NCBI GenBank assembly: GCA_041690215.1
Contig: JAWLHQ010000005.1
Location: 234,349-298,348 of the forward strand
DNA: 64,000 nucleotides
Origin: Rhodothermales bacterium
Lineage (GTDB): Bacteria; Bacteroidota; Rhodothermia; Rhodothermales; DASSAV01
Direction: 5' to 3'
Shown in pieces: positions 30,405 through 39,884 of the stretch; the stretch's first letter is position 1; every line of letters starts with the position of its first letter. The notes under the pieces are model-generated. The model was not told the origin of the DNA. It saw nothing but the letters and a program-made list of their open reading frames with translations, and ran no database searches. The position numbers and the translations under genes are program-made.

Positions 30405-31295
30405 TTAGCCAAGAGATACGGTTACGCTGGGCGCACCCAGCCCGGCCAGCACGCCCCGCATATACGCGAAGGATTCCAGCATGCCCGGCAGCGGATCGTC
30501 GGCGTTGATTTCGTACTCGAGATTGACGTACCCCTGGAAGTCCATCTTGATGAGCTGCCGAAAAATATCGGCAATCGGCATCTTCCCGCGTCCCACGATC
30601 ACCTGGCTCTCCCTCACCATGAGGTCACTCAGGTCCTTGATGTGCATATCGAGGAGCCGGGGTCCGGCGTCTGCGATGGCCGCCACCACATCCGTACCTG
30701 TACGCGTCGTGTGCCCCACGTCGATGCAGAGCCCCATGCGCGGGTCCATATCTTTGATGACCTCCAGCGCATCGGCAGGAGCCGGATAAAACTTGTCCTC
30801 CGGACCGTGGTTGTGGATCGCGACCTTGATGTCGTACTGCTTGGCGAACCTCTCTACGCGCGGCATGATCTCCGGAGCCCCCGTTACCACCATAAGCGGC
30901 ATGCCGGCATTCTTGGCATACTCGAAGTACTTGCCAACATCCTCGTCCGTATCCTCCTGGAACGTGATCGTGCCGCCGCCGACGACCTGCAATCCGGCAT
31001 CGGCAAAGTCCTTCCGTGCCGCCGCATACTCTTCCGCCGTGCTCTCATACGGAAGATGGAACGACTTGATGTTGACGTATGGCGTGCCGATCTCCTTGAT
31101 CATCGCAATCGCCTCGGGCCGGCTGAACTTGCGCAGCGAGTAGCTCGCCACCCCCAGTTTAACGCCGCCTTTCACCGCGCCTGCACGAGCTACACGGACC
31201 GGCTCTGCAAAGGCCTGCATGGGCGCAACGGCAACACCGGCCAGCCCCACAGCCGCCCCTTTCAGGAAATTCCGTCTCGATTCCCCTGCTGTCAT
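30405..31295 (-). CDS. Tat-exported sugar phosphate isomerase/epimerase (xylose isomerase-like TIM barrel)
   Basis: SRRNFLKGAAVGLAGVAVAP Tat signal. IAIHNHGPED, DVGHT and YVNLEYE metal-ligand-like motifs of the AP endonuclease 2/xylose isomerase-like fold. Confidence 0.88.
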   Translation of the reverse strand: MTAGESRRNFLKGAAVGLAGVAVAPMQAFAEPVRVARAGAVKGGVKLGVASYSLRKFSRPEAIAMIKEIGTPYVNIKSFHLPYESTAEEYAAARKDFADAGLQVVGGGTITFQEDTDEDVGKYFEYAKNAGMPLMVVTGAPEIMPRVERFAKQYDIKVAIHNHGPEDKFYPAPADALEVIKDMDPRMGLCIDVGHTTRTGTDVVAAIADAGPRLLDMHIKDLSDLMVRESQVIVGRGKMPIADIFRQLIKMDFQGYVNLEYEINADDPLPGMLESFAYMRGVLAGLGAPSVTVSLG

Positions 31296-31378
31296 GATAG
31301 CCCCCTGGTCTAAGTTGATGGCTCAAACGGTAGGAGTTGGGTTTCAGGTACCAGTGATCTCACTACCCGAACACCCTC

Positions 31379-32242
31379 TTATTGCTCCGCAGGCAGCGGG
31401 CGCACCTTGATATTCCGGTACCACACATCGTCGTTATGGTCCTGAAGAACGATGTGCCCCTTCCGGTTATCCGCAAATCCTTGGATATCCTTGTACTTGC
31501 TGGCAGCCAGATATTGGTTGAATTCCTCGCTGCCGATCTCGTACTCCACGACCTTCTCGCCGTTCAGCCAGTGCTCGACGTGGTTGCCCTGCTTCACGAT
31601 GCGGCCCTGGTTCCACTCTCCCGTGGGTTTCATCTTCTTGTTCGCGTTCGGCGGAATCATGTCGTAGAGAGCGGCCGCCGTGCGGTTTCCGTTGACGCCC
31701 ATCTTCGCATCCGGATGCAGGCTGTCATCGAGCACCTGATACTCGAACCCGAGCGCCGCCCGGGCCATGGGGTTCCTCAGCGACATTTCTTCCGAGACGT
31801 TGTACTTCACGCCGCTGTTGGCGCCGGGGCTCAACTTGAAGTCAAAAGCGAACTCGAAATTATCGTAGGTATCAACCGTTATCAGGTCGCCCCCCCGAAG
31901 CGGCTGCCCGTCAGGAGCGACCGGCACCTTGCCGCTGGCCACCTTGTGCAGGGTGCCATCCTCGATGACCCAGTGCTGCGCGGGTATCGAATCCTGCCCG
32001 ATGCCGCGCCAGTTCTCAAAGCTCTCGCCGTCAAAAAGGAGAATCCAGCCCTCTGCTTGCTCCTGGCTCGTGAGCGTGTTCACCGCCGCAACGGCCGTTT
32101 CACTCGCGTCCCCCGCCGGAGCGGGCTCCGCCCGGTCCCCTGCACAGGCACTCACCGTACAGGCAACGAGGCCGGCAGCTGATGCGGATAGCAGCATGTG
32201 CAGGGTGGACGATGTGTGCCCGGTCAGGTCTCGGTAGAACAT
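31379..32242 (-). CDS. DUF1080 (3-keto-disaccharide hydrolase family) secreted protein
   Basis: GWILLFDGESFENWRG, FEFAFDFKLSPGANSGVKY, GFEYQVLDD and HIVLQDHNDDVWYRNIKVRPL are typical DUF1080 segments. Confidence 0.88.
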   Translation of the reverse strand: MFYRDLTGHTSSTLHMLLSASAAGLVACTVSACAGDRAEPAPAGDASETAVAAVNTLTSQEQAEGWILLFDGESFENWRGIGQDSIPAQHWVIEDGTLHKVASGKVPVAPDGQPLRGGDLITVDTYDNFEFAFDFKLSPGANSGVKYNVSEEMSLRNPMARAALGFEYQVLDDSLHPDAKMGVNGNRTAAALYDMIPPNANKKMKPTGEWNQGRIVKQGNHVEHWLNGEKVVEYEIGSEEFNQYLAASKYKDIQGFADNRKGHIVLQDHNDDVWYRNIKVRPLPAEQ

Positions 32243-32434
32243 GGCCAGCTCCGATGAATGGATGGTAATAGATTCACTTAAACGTTAAAGCATGAAACGG
32301 CTACACAGGCAGCATCTCGTGGATCTGAAAGCGCTTCGCAGCCTCTCCATGCTGCAACGAGCCGGATATCGCACGTGCTCAGTTTGCGAAAACACTGAAA
32401 TAAAGCGATTCCGCCCGCTAAGGTCAATCACGAC

Positions 32435-32469
32435 GAGCATAAAAAGCCGGACAGTGTGCTTTTTTGCTC
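32435..32469 (-). terminator. possible terminator hairpin after hemL
   Basis: GAGCATAAAAAGC (32435-32447) pairs with GCTTTTTTGCTC (32458-32469), with one bulge. The U-rich run lies inside the stem, so the direction is ambiguous. Confidence 0.4.
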
Positions 32470-32527
32470 GCCGGTATTCGGGGCCTCCCCACCTCTCCAG
32501 TGCGCTCGCTCCGATATGCCCCGACAC

Positions 32528-33862
32528 CTACTCCTCAAGCGACTGCTGCAAAGCCCACCGCTGAGCACGCAGGGTATGCTCCAGTTCCCGCTCGCCGTGG
32601 GCGGTAGACCAGAAGAAGGCCTCGAACTGCGACGGCGCGAGGTATACCCCCTGCGAAAGCATGGCGTGGAAATACCGGGCGAACTGCTGCGTACGGCTGG
32701 TAAGTGCCGTATCGTAGTCCACGACCTTGTTCTCCGTAAAGAAGAGACATCCCATCGACCCGACCCGCGTAGTATAATAGTCCAGGCCGATGGCGCGAAG
32801 GTTCTCACGAGTCCCCTCCTCCAGCGCGGCCCCGTACGTCTCGAGCCGCTCGTACAGATCCGGCGAATCCGCGATGATGCGAAGCATCGCAAGCCCGGCG
32901 TTCATGGCCAGCGGGTTGCCGGACAGCGTACCGGCCTGGTAGACCGGCCCCGCAGGCGAAATGTAGTCCATAATCTCCCGCCGCCCCCCGTACGCCCCGA
33001 CAGGCAGACCGGCGCCGATGATCTTTCCGAGCGTCGTCAGGTCGGGTTGTACGCCGAAACGCTCCTGCGCACCGCCGCGAGCGACGCGAAAACCCGTCAT
33101 GACCTCGTCGAAGATCAGCACGATCCCTTCTGCATCGCAGAGGGCGCGCAACCCCTCCAGGAAACCGGGCTCGGGAGGAATGCATCCCATATTCCCGGCC
33201 ACGGGCTCGACGATGATGCACGCCACCTGGCCTGGGTTCGCATTCACGAGGTCACGGACATGCTCGATGTCGTTGTAGCGTGCGATCAGTGTATCCTGCG
33301 CCGTACCGGGAGTCACGCCGGGCGAGTTGGGAACTCCCATCGTAAGGGCGCCGCTTCCCGCCGCGATCAGGAAGAAATCGGCGTGACCGTGGTAATTACC
33401 CTGAAACTTGATCACCTTGTCGCGCCCCGTGAATCCCCGCGCCAGGCGTGCCGCACTCATGGTAGCCTCTGTGCCGGAATTCACCATGCGGACCTTCTCG
33501 ATGGAGGGCACCAGTTCGCAGATCAGTTCGGCCACTTCGATTTCCACCTTCGTCGGCGCACCGAACGAAGTGGAACCGGTCGCTGCCTCCTGCACGGCCC
33601 GGACTACGTCCGGATGCGCATGCCCTAACAGCATGGGGCCCCAGGATCCCACGTAGTCCACGTACCGGTTTCCGTCGGCATCCTCCAGGTAGGCCCCCTC
33701 TGCGCGATCGATGAAGAGGGGCGTCCCTCCCACACTCTTGAACGCCCGGACCGGCGAGTTGACACCGCCCGGAATCACCTTCTGGGCACGCTCGAACAAG
33801 TGCCTGCTGGTTTCCGGCGCGTGAATGATGTCCTGACTGCGTGGTGGGGGAAGTGTGCTCAT
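32528..33862 (-). CDS. hemL: glutamate-1-semialdehyde 2,1-aminomutase
   Basis: Start [10 protein letters not shown]... at 33862 (the track ORF extends to 33994). [25 protein letters not shown] and [20 protein letters not shown] are hallmark HemL segments. Confidence 0.92.
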   Translation of the reverse strand: MSTLPPPRSQDIIHAPETSRHLFERAQKVIPGGVNSPVRAFKSVGGTPLFIDRAEGAYLEDADGNRYVDYVGSWGPMLLGHAHPDVVRAVQEAATGSTSFGAPTKVEIEVAELICELVPSIEKVRMVNSGTEATMSAARLARGFTGRDKVIKFQGNYHGHADFFLIAAGSGALTMGVPNSPGVTPGTAQDTLIARYNDIEHVRDLVNANPGQVACIIVEPVAGNMGCIPPEPGFLEGLRALCDAEGIVLIFDEVMTGFRVARGGAQERFGVQPDLTTLGKIIGAGLPVGAYGGRREIMDYISPAGPVYQAGTLSGNPLAMNAGLAMLRIIADSPDLYERLETYGAALEEGTRENLRAIGLDYYTTRVGSMGCLFFTENKVVDYDTALTSRTQQFARYFHAMLSQGVYLAPSQFEAFFWSTAHGERELEHTLRAQRWALQQSLEE

Positions 33863-34003
33863 GGCGTATGTGTCGTCAGCCTGAAGGCAGAAAGGATGCA
33901 ACGTATTCCAAAGGAATGTACGCATACACTCAGGGACAGGACAGGTCGTATCCTTGAAGAATCGATTCCCTTCGGATGCATGCGTCCGGCCCAAAGTACC
34001 GGT

Positions 34004-34618
34004 TCAAACGGGCGTATCTGGCTCCACGCGGCGGTAAATCCCTTCGAGGCGCAGATGGTCCGTGGACGTTCGCCGTGGGACTTCGGCGAGAGCCAGGCCG
34101 TTCTCCTCCATCATCTGCGTGAGTGTGTCTTCTGTATAACTGAACTGTGGACCGCTGTCGCTGGCGTATTCTGCCTCTTGGGTGCGCGGGTTGAACGCGG
34201 GGTCGAGCGCCGGGACGGCTACATAGATCCACCCGCCTGGCTTGAGGACGCGGCGCGCCTCGACGAGCGCGCCGCTGAGTTCATCGTAGGAGGTAATGCT
34301 GTCAAAAGTATCGTAGGCGATGACCCAATCGAAAAAATCGTCCGGATACCCCAGCGCATCGATCCGTAGAATCGGGGTAATCCGCCGCTCCGCCTCTGCC
34401 GGCCCCGCCTGCTCGGCCACCCACGCCCGCGCACGCAATACCGCCTCTTCTTCCACGTCACAGGCGTATGCGTCGAATCCGAGTTGAAAAAGCGGCAGCG
34501 TGTGCCGTCCGTTGGAGCAGCCCAGTTCCAGGATGGTGCTGCTGGCCGGAACGGCAGCAAGGGTGCGAAGCAGGTGATCGGATAGTTGAGTCAAGCTGAC
34601 GTCGGATCTTGGATTCAA
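34004..34618 (-). CDS. class I SAM-dependent methyltransferase
   Basis: Motif I ILELGCSNGRHTLPL. LKPGGWIYV post-I region. Confidence 0.8.
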   Translation of the reverse strand: MNPRSDVSLTQLSDHLLRTLAAVPASSTILELGCSNGRHTLPLFQLGFDAYACDVEEEAVLRARAWVAEQAGPAEAERRITPILRIDALGYPDDFFDWVIAYDTFDSITSYDELSGALVEARRVLKPGGWIYVAVPALDPAFNPRTQEAEYASDSGPQFSYTEDTLTQMMEENGLALAEVPRRTSTDHLRLEGIYRRVEPDTPV

Positions 34619-34713
34619 GATGCGCGCAGGCTCACCTCGCAGGTGCAGGAACGGGCCACCGGGTGTTCATGCTGAAACCGCGCGCCCGGTCAAGGATAGC
34701 ATGCGCGTGAACC

Positions 34714-36003
34714 TTAACGATTCGCACGGGAAGCGATGGCAGATGACGTAGTGGTAGTCCACTGCCGGGCCTCCGTGATCTTCTCACACTGGTGGCATCG
34801 CGTGCAACGCTCTGCCGTCGGGAAACGCGGCATCTGATCGAGAGGACGAAGCGTATACTCCTGTGAGACCGGTGCCCCGTCACCGCTGGACCCGAGCCAG
34901 CTGGCAGGCCGACCCACCGGCGCAAGCTGAGCCGCCACCGCTTCGGCCAGCGCCTCGATGAACAGCGGATGGCAATTGAGGCCGGAAGTTACTTCGTAAT
35001 GCTCGATGCCAAAGTGCTCGGCCTCTGCACGGACCTCCACATCCAGCTCATACGCGGTCTCGACGTGATCCGTGACGAACGCTACCGGTACGACGAGCAC
35101 GCTCTTGTGCCCTTGATCCGCCAGCTCTTTGAGCTTGTCAGGCGTGCTCGGCGTGAGCCATTCTGCAGGACCGACCTTGCTCTGGAACGATACGTGGAAG
35201 GGCCGGTCATGCCCTCGCAGGTTCATCACCTGCTCGACGGTCGAATGAATGAGGCAGCAATATGGATCGCGGCGCTCCTTCATCTCCTTGAGCGGGGTAC
35301 CATGCGCACTGAAGATGATCTGAACCTTGGACCGGACGTCCTTTGGGAAACGCTGAAGCCCTTCGTCCATCCGCTCGCTGATCGCCCGGATGTACTTCGG
35401 ATTGGCTGCATATTCGAAAACGTACGTGGTCGGCCACGATGGAATCTCTTTCTCTTCGGAGAGCATCCACCAGTACAACAGGGAAGAGCCGGTCGTGGTC
35501 TTCGAGTACTGCGGATAGAGCGGCAGCAACACGACCTTCGTGATGCCGTCCTCTACCATCCTCGCCGCGGCCTCTTCGCTGAACGGATGCCAGTACCGCA
35601 TCGCGATGTACGTCTTGAACTCGACCCCGATCTCTTTCCCGTACTTATCGTTCAACACGCGCATGAGGCGCCCGGCCTGTTCCCGCGTCAGGCGATTGAT
35701 CGGCGACCCCCCGCCGATCACCTCGTAATCCTTTGCGACGGACTTCGACCGGGTCTTGGCAATAAAGCTCGACAGCCAGTGACGGAGGATTCCGCCAAAT
35801 GGCATGTCGATGATGGCCGGGTCCATGAACAGGTTGTAGAGAAACGGCCGCACTTCCTCCGTCTTGTCCGGCCCGCCGAGATTCAGCAGGACGACACCCA
35901 CCCGGTCACCCGGCTCCACCGTAAGCGGCGCCGACGGAAAATAACGTCCGGTAATCAGCCGCTTGTCGTACCGGTACTTCTTGAGAAACTCACGTGGCGT
36001 CAT
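34714..36003 (-). CDS. hemH: ferrochelatase with Cys-rich C-terminal extension
   Basis: VGVVLLNLGGPD start, LPLYPQYSKTTTGS and FSAHGTPL motifs. Extra C-terminal segment of about 70 aa containing CTRCHQC. Confidence 0.9.
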   Translation of the reverse strand: MTPREFLKKYRYDKRLITGRYFPSAPLTVEPGDRVGVVLLNLGGPDKTEEVRPFLYNLFMDPAIIDMPFGGILRHWLSSFIAKTRSKSVAKDYEVIGGGSPINRLTREQAGRLMRVLNDKYGKEIGVEFKTYIAMRYWHPFSEEAAARMVEDGITKVVLLPLYPQYSKTTTGSSLLYWWMLSEEKEIPSWPTTYVFEYAANPKYIRAISERMDEGLQRFPKDVRSKVQIIFSAHGTPLKEMKERRDPYCCLIHSTVEQVMNLRGHDRPFHVSFQSKVGPAEWLTPSTPDKLKELADQGHKSVLVVPVAFVTDHVETAYELDVEVRAEAEHFGIEHYEVTSGLNCHPLFIEALAEAVAAQLAPVGRPASWLGSSGDGAPVSQEYTLRPLDQMPRFPTAERCTRCHQCEKITEARQWTTTTSSAIASRANR

Positions 36004-36202
36004 GGACCGCTGCGTAGATGAGAACGGGGAAAGGCTCTAAAACTTAGCTAAGTCTAGCCTTTTTAAGTCCGTTCAGTTCCACTTCCTACTTGAATATTGC
36101 TCAAAGCAAAGCGCACCTTCGCGTTTGAACATCACATAATTAGCCCCGCAATTTCAAGGGCCTGCCTACCGTTCCGCGCTCGAATGAAAGCGGAACCCGG
36201 CG

Positions 36203-37228
36203 TCATAATGAACCGGGATACCGGGATGCAGAGTCTCCGGGCACGTCGGCTGGCTTGAGTGTCAGCCAGTCTCGTGGCTGGAAAAACCAGAGTGCATCAG
36301 CTTCCTGCGAACCGGGTGCCGGATGCCAGTCATAATGCCACTGGACGTGCGGCGGAAGGCTCATCAGTATGCTTTCCGTACGACCTTCCGTCTCGATCCC
36401 GAACCGGGTACCCCTATCGAAAAGCAGGTTGAATTCGACGTAACGGCCCCGGCGAATCTCCTGAAAGGTCCGCTCGCGCTCTCCATAGGGAATATCCTTC
36501 CGGCGTTCGACGATTGGCAGATACGACCGCAAAAAAGCCCTGCCCGCATCGCGGGAAAACAGAAACGTACCTTCCGGATCATCCCGGAGGTAATCGTAGA
36601 AAATGCCGCTCACGCCCCTCGTCTCGCCCCGGTGTGGGAGATAGAAATATTCGTCGCAGCGCTGCTTGAACACCTCGTAATCCGCAACAGGATGGCGGTC
36701 GCACACTTCCTTCCAGACACGGTGAAAATGCCGGGCATCCTCCAGAAAAGGGTAGCACGGTGTCAGATCCGCCCCGCCGCCAAACCACTGGTCGATAGGC
36801 CGGAACAGGTCCTCCCCGAGCGCGAAATAGCGAAAGTTCGCGTGAACCGCCGGAACGTACGGAGAACGTGGATGGATGACGAGCGAAAGCCCGGTCGCGA
36901 AAAACGGAACGGGCTGGACGTTCAGCATCGCCGCCGTCCGCTCGGGCAGCACGCCATGCACCGCAGAAGTATTGACCCCTGCTTTCTCAAATACCTGTCC
37001 GCCTTCCAGAACACGGCTGAGGCCACCTCCCCCCTCCCGACGCTCCCAGGCATCCGTCCGGAAGCGCACATCCTCCTCGAAATCCTCCAGCGCCGCGCAG
37101 ATACTGTGCTGCAACGCTTCCACGAAGCGCTGCATCCGGTGACCCATCGAGATATCGGTGCGGGGCTCCTCACGGAGCCGGGCAACACGTTCTTCGTTAT
37201 CGAGCATGATGTCTCGGACAGACTGCAA
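36203..37228 (-). CDS. hemF: oxygen-dependent coproporphyrinogen III oxidase
   Basis: WERREGGGGLSRVLEGGQVFEKAGVNTSAVHG, HPRSPYVPAVHANFRYF and WFGGGADLTPCYP. The true start may be an internal Met (M8 or M28). Confidence 0.9.
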   Translation of the reverse strand: MQSVRDIMLDNEERVARLREEPRTDISMGHRMQRFVEALQHSICAALEDFEEDVRFRTDAWERREGGGGLSRVLEGGQVFEKAGVNTSAVHGVLPERTAAMLNVQPVPFFATGLSLVIHPRSPYVPAVHANFRYFALGEDLFRPIDQWFGGGADLTPCYPFLEDARHFHRVWKEVCDRHPVADYEVFKQRCDEYFYLPHRGETRGVSGIFYDYLRDDPEGTFLFSRDAGRAFLRSYLPIVERRKDIPYGERERTFQEIRRGRYVEFNLLFDRGTRFGIETEGRTESILMSLPPHVQWHYDWHPAPGSQEADALWFFQPRDWLTLKPADVPGDSASRYPGSL

Positions 37229-37439
37229 TCTGACTGTAGAAACTCACAGGAAGGCATACGCATGAAACCGAACCGGTATCCGCCTGCTCGAAGTCTTCAA
37301 GACTTCCAGGATATCCGGTAACGGATAATACATGCCTGAACCTCCGAGTTAAAGGAGAGCCATCCCCATTTTCGACCGAATGCTTCTCAACTCGTCCCTC
37401 CCCCGGCCCCCACACGCCCCGAAGAGATTCGCTCAATGC

Positions 37440-37760
37440 CCTCAAATAGAGCAATCCAACCTCATTCCAGGATCTCCCCACCCCAACATCACGCCCGACC
37501 CTGACCACATACGCGTCAAGGCGCCATGTTCACAACCTCGATCCAGGCAATCCGGCTCACGTTCACCTAAAACCTCCCCCTCACCGTCATGCCCGCGAAG
37601 GCGGACACGAGCGGCGCGACCGACGCAGTAAATCCAGGCAGCACGACCTCAAGGCTACCTACCCGCTGGCGTGAGCACCTCCGAAAGGCCGAAATCAGAT
37701 TAAACCCGGACACCGCGCCATTTCCTTGACACCCCCGACCGAGCATCCAGGCAGCACAAC
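37440..37760 (+). repeat. modular intergenic repeat locus: one short unit, one long unit and a terminal fragment
   Basis: Short unit about 37440-37546. Long unit 37547-37706 with hairpin CCGC-GAAG-GCGG (37593-37604) and core GTAAATCCAGGCAGCACGACC (37628-37648). Fragment ...CATCCAGGCAGCACAACC at 37744-37760. Confidence 0.8.
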
Positions 37761-37785
37761 CACCACCATGCGCTCCGCTCTGATG

Positions 37786-38472
37786 TCAGGACCTACCCAG
37801 CAACCCGCTAACCTCCCGGTCAAACAGACCACCCCACGTCTCAGGTGGCAGTGTCTCCCACGCCATGTGCTCCCGCCTCGTAGGATGCTCAAACCCCAGA
37901 TGGTAGCAATGCAGGGCGATGTTGCGGCCGTCCAGTTCCTTCGTAGCCCCGTAACGAAAGTCGCCCAGTATGGGTGTCCCGCCATGTGCCAGTTGAACAC
38001 GGATCTGGTGCGGCCTGCCGGTTTCTAGCCTGACTTCGACCAGGGATAACCCACCCCGGACCGCCACGGCCTTCCAGGATAGTTCCGCACGCTGTGCACG
38101 GGGGTAGGTTTTCGGCACGACCCGCACCCGCCGGTTCTCCTTGACGAGGTAATCGACACAGCTACCGGATCCCTGCCGGACACCCTCCACCACGGCGAGA
38201 TACCGTTTGTCTACCGTCCGCCTGCGGAACTGGTCGGAAAGGCGAGCTGCCGCCTTCGATGTACGGGCAAACACCATCACGCCGGAAACGGGCCGGTCCA
38301 GCCGGTGTACGAGACCGAGATACACGTTACCCGGCTTCTCGAACCGCTCCTTGACGTACGCCTTTGCAAGCGTGAACAGATCCGGATCTCCCGTCTCGTC
38401 CTCCTGAACCAGCATTCCCGCAGGCTTGTTCACCACGAGGATCTGGTTGTCCACGAAAAGCACGTCGATCAT
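37786..38472 (-). CDS. RluA-family RNA pseudouridine synthase
   Basis: HRLDRPVSGVMVFARTSKAAARL catalytic-Asp motif. Start taken at ATG 38472, which overlaps the upstream stop as ATGA (the track ORF extends to 38547). Confidence 0.85.
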   Translation of the reverse strand: MIDVLFVDNQILVVNKPAGMLVQEDETGDPDLFTLAKAYVKERFEKPGNVYLGLVHRLDRPVSGVMVFARTSKAAARLSDQFRRRTVDKRYLAVVEGVRQGSGSCVDYLVKENRRVRVVPKTYPRAQRAELSWKAVAVRGGLSLVEVRLETGRPHQIRVQLAHGGTPILGDFRYGATKELDGRNIALHCYHLGFEHPTRREHMAWETLPPETWGGLFDREVSGLLGRS

Positions 38473-38822
38473 AAACCGAGTGCCTGCCGCTCCGCCCGAG
38501 TCAGTCCCTTCGCTACCAGTTCGTACGAGTGGTCGATCATCTGACACACTTCCGCCGACGGAATGCTCCCGTCCATGACGACCGTATTCCAGTGCCGCTT
38601 GTTCATGTGGTAGCCCGGCATAACGGCGGGGTACCGTTCACGCAGTTCGGCACTCCACTCTGGATCGCATTTCAGATTCACACTCGAAGGCAAGGCGGCA
38701 AGGTCGAGCAGTGCAAACATCTTGCTGCCGACCTTGAACACAAGCGTTTCCTCTCCAAACGGAAAACCCTCGGAGACGCCCTGCTTGGAGAGGCAGTAAT
38801 CCCGGATCGTATCGATGGTCAT
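38469..38822 (-). CDS. MmcQ/YjbR family DNA-binding protein
   Basis: MTIDTIRDYCLSKQGVSEGFPFGEETLVFKVGSKMFALL is a typical family N-terminus. Start ATG 38822. Confidence 0.8.
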   Translation of the reverse strand: MTIDTIRDYCLSKQGVSEGFPFGEETLVFKVGSKMFALLDLAALPSSVNLKCDPEWSAELRERYPAVMPGYHMNKRHWNTVVMDGSIPSAEVCQMIDHSYELVAKGLTRAERQALGL

Positions 38823-38927
38823 GGCGCGTAGTGATAACTTCTGACCCGGCAATAAACGCACGGGCACTAAAGAATGCCACCCTACGCACCATGACCTTCG
38901 ATGCTCCCTACTCGTTCGAAAACGCAC

Positions 38928-39506
38928 TCACATCGCCAGGCTCGTCTTCATGACCAGTGAGGGCTCCTCCTCGGTTTCGACGTCGAACGGGAGAACGCTA
39001 TCGGTCATCCAGCATCTGTCGAACTCGCCTCCAACCTGACGCTTCAGCGTGAACAGGTATCCGTGCCGCTCCGCGCTCTCGGATACGATGATGACCGGAA
39101 CCGTAGCCTGGTTCTCGGAAATCTTGATCTTTCCGTACCGGGCGTGGATGTGGTTCAATACCGGCCGGTATACCGGGTTATGCACAAGTTCGATGAACTT
39201 CTCTAGCGGACCGGTCGTCCTCCGGTTATCCGGAGAAGAAAAGCGGAAGGCCACTTCGGCGCCCGCATTCGCATGCGGGTAATCATTCATCCCCAGCGCT
39301 TCTACCACGATCTGGACCACGTCTGCCGGTGCCAGCGCCGGGCTCGGGGTCGCATTCAAAATCTTCTCGCGCTCAGCTGTCAGGACAGTCTGCGTGCTGT
39401 CGGCCGTGGCATGCGCCACAGATTCTATATGGCTAACATGGTCGGGTGCTACCGCCGCAATCAGAGCGGTCAGCACCGTAACCATGGCCTTTTTCATGGT
39501 TTTCAC
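38928..39506 (-). CDS. DUF4864-like secreted protein
   Basis: Signal peptide MKTMKKAMVTVLTALIAAVA. FRFSSPDNRRTTGPLEKF...WMTDSV pattern as in DUF4864. Confidence 0.65.
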   Translation of the reverse strand: MKTMKKAMVTVLTALIAAVAPDHVSHIESVAHATADSTQTVLTAEREKILNATPSPALAPADVVQIVVEALGMNDYPHANAGAEVAFRFSSPDNRRTTGPLEKFIELVHNPVYRPVLNHIHARYGKIKISENQATVPVIIVSESAERHGYLFTLKRQVGGEFDRCWMTDSVLPFDVETEEEPSLVMKTSLAM

Positions 39507-39828
39507 GATACACCTCCATCCCTCTACAACTCCGTACAGTAATGCACTCGTGCGGCGTATCGACTCATGCCGAAGATGCCACGTGTGCAGAACGGACCGC
39601 CTGCAAACTCCTTACGGGGAGTTCTTGGCGACCTTACCCTTCAAACGGAATTGGAGCGGGGATTTCTCCACCGAAGATGGACGCCCTCTGTTACAACCGG
39701 CGCTTGCCGCTGTTACGGTCTCGAAATAGGGCGTTTCGCAGTGAGATGCATACGGCAGCCTCTTTTTTACTACCGCGGCGCTACGTGAGCCATGAGAGGA
39801 ATGAAAGCGGCTTGTCCGCCGCCAACCA

Positions 39829-39868
39829 GAATGTCCGGGGATCCGCACACCTGGATCCCCGGACATTC
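39829..39868 (-). terminator. strong hairpin immediately after the hemE stop
   Basis: Perfect 16-bp stem GAATGTCCGGGGATCC (39829-39844) / GGATCCCCGGACATTC (39853-39868). The minus-strand tail TCTGGTTGG is only weakly U-rich. Confidence 0.5.
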
Positions 39869-39884
39869 AACCACCTTTTCAGTA

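Noticed and set aside
39507-39828. A 320-nt gap without a credible ORF between the DUF4864 gene start and the hemE terminator hairpin.
   Set aside because: I saw no repeats of the family, no conserved motif and no convincing structure. It is most simply the promoter/5' region of the DUF4864-mmcQ-rluA transcription unit.
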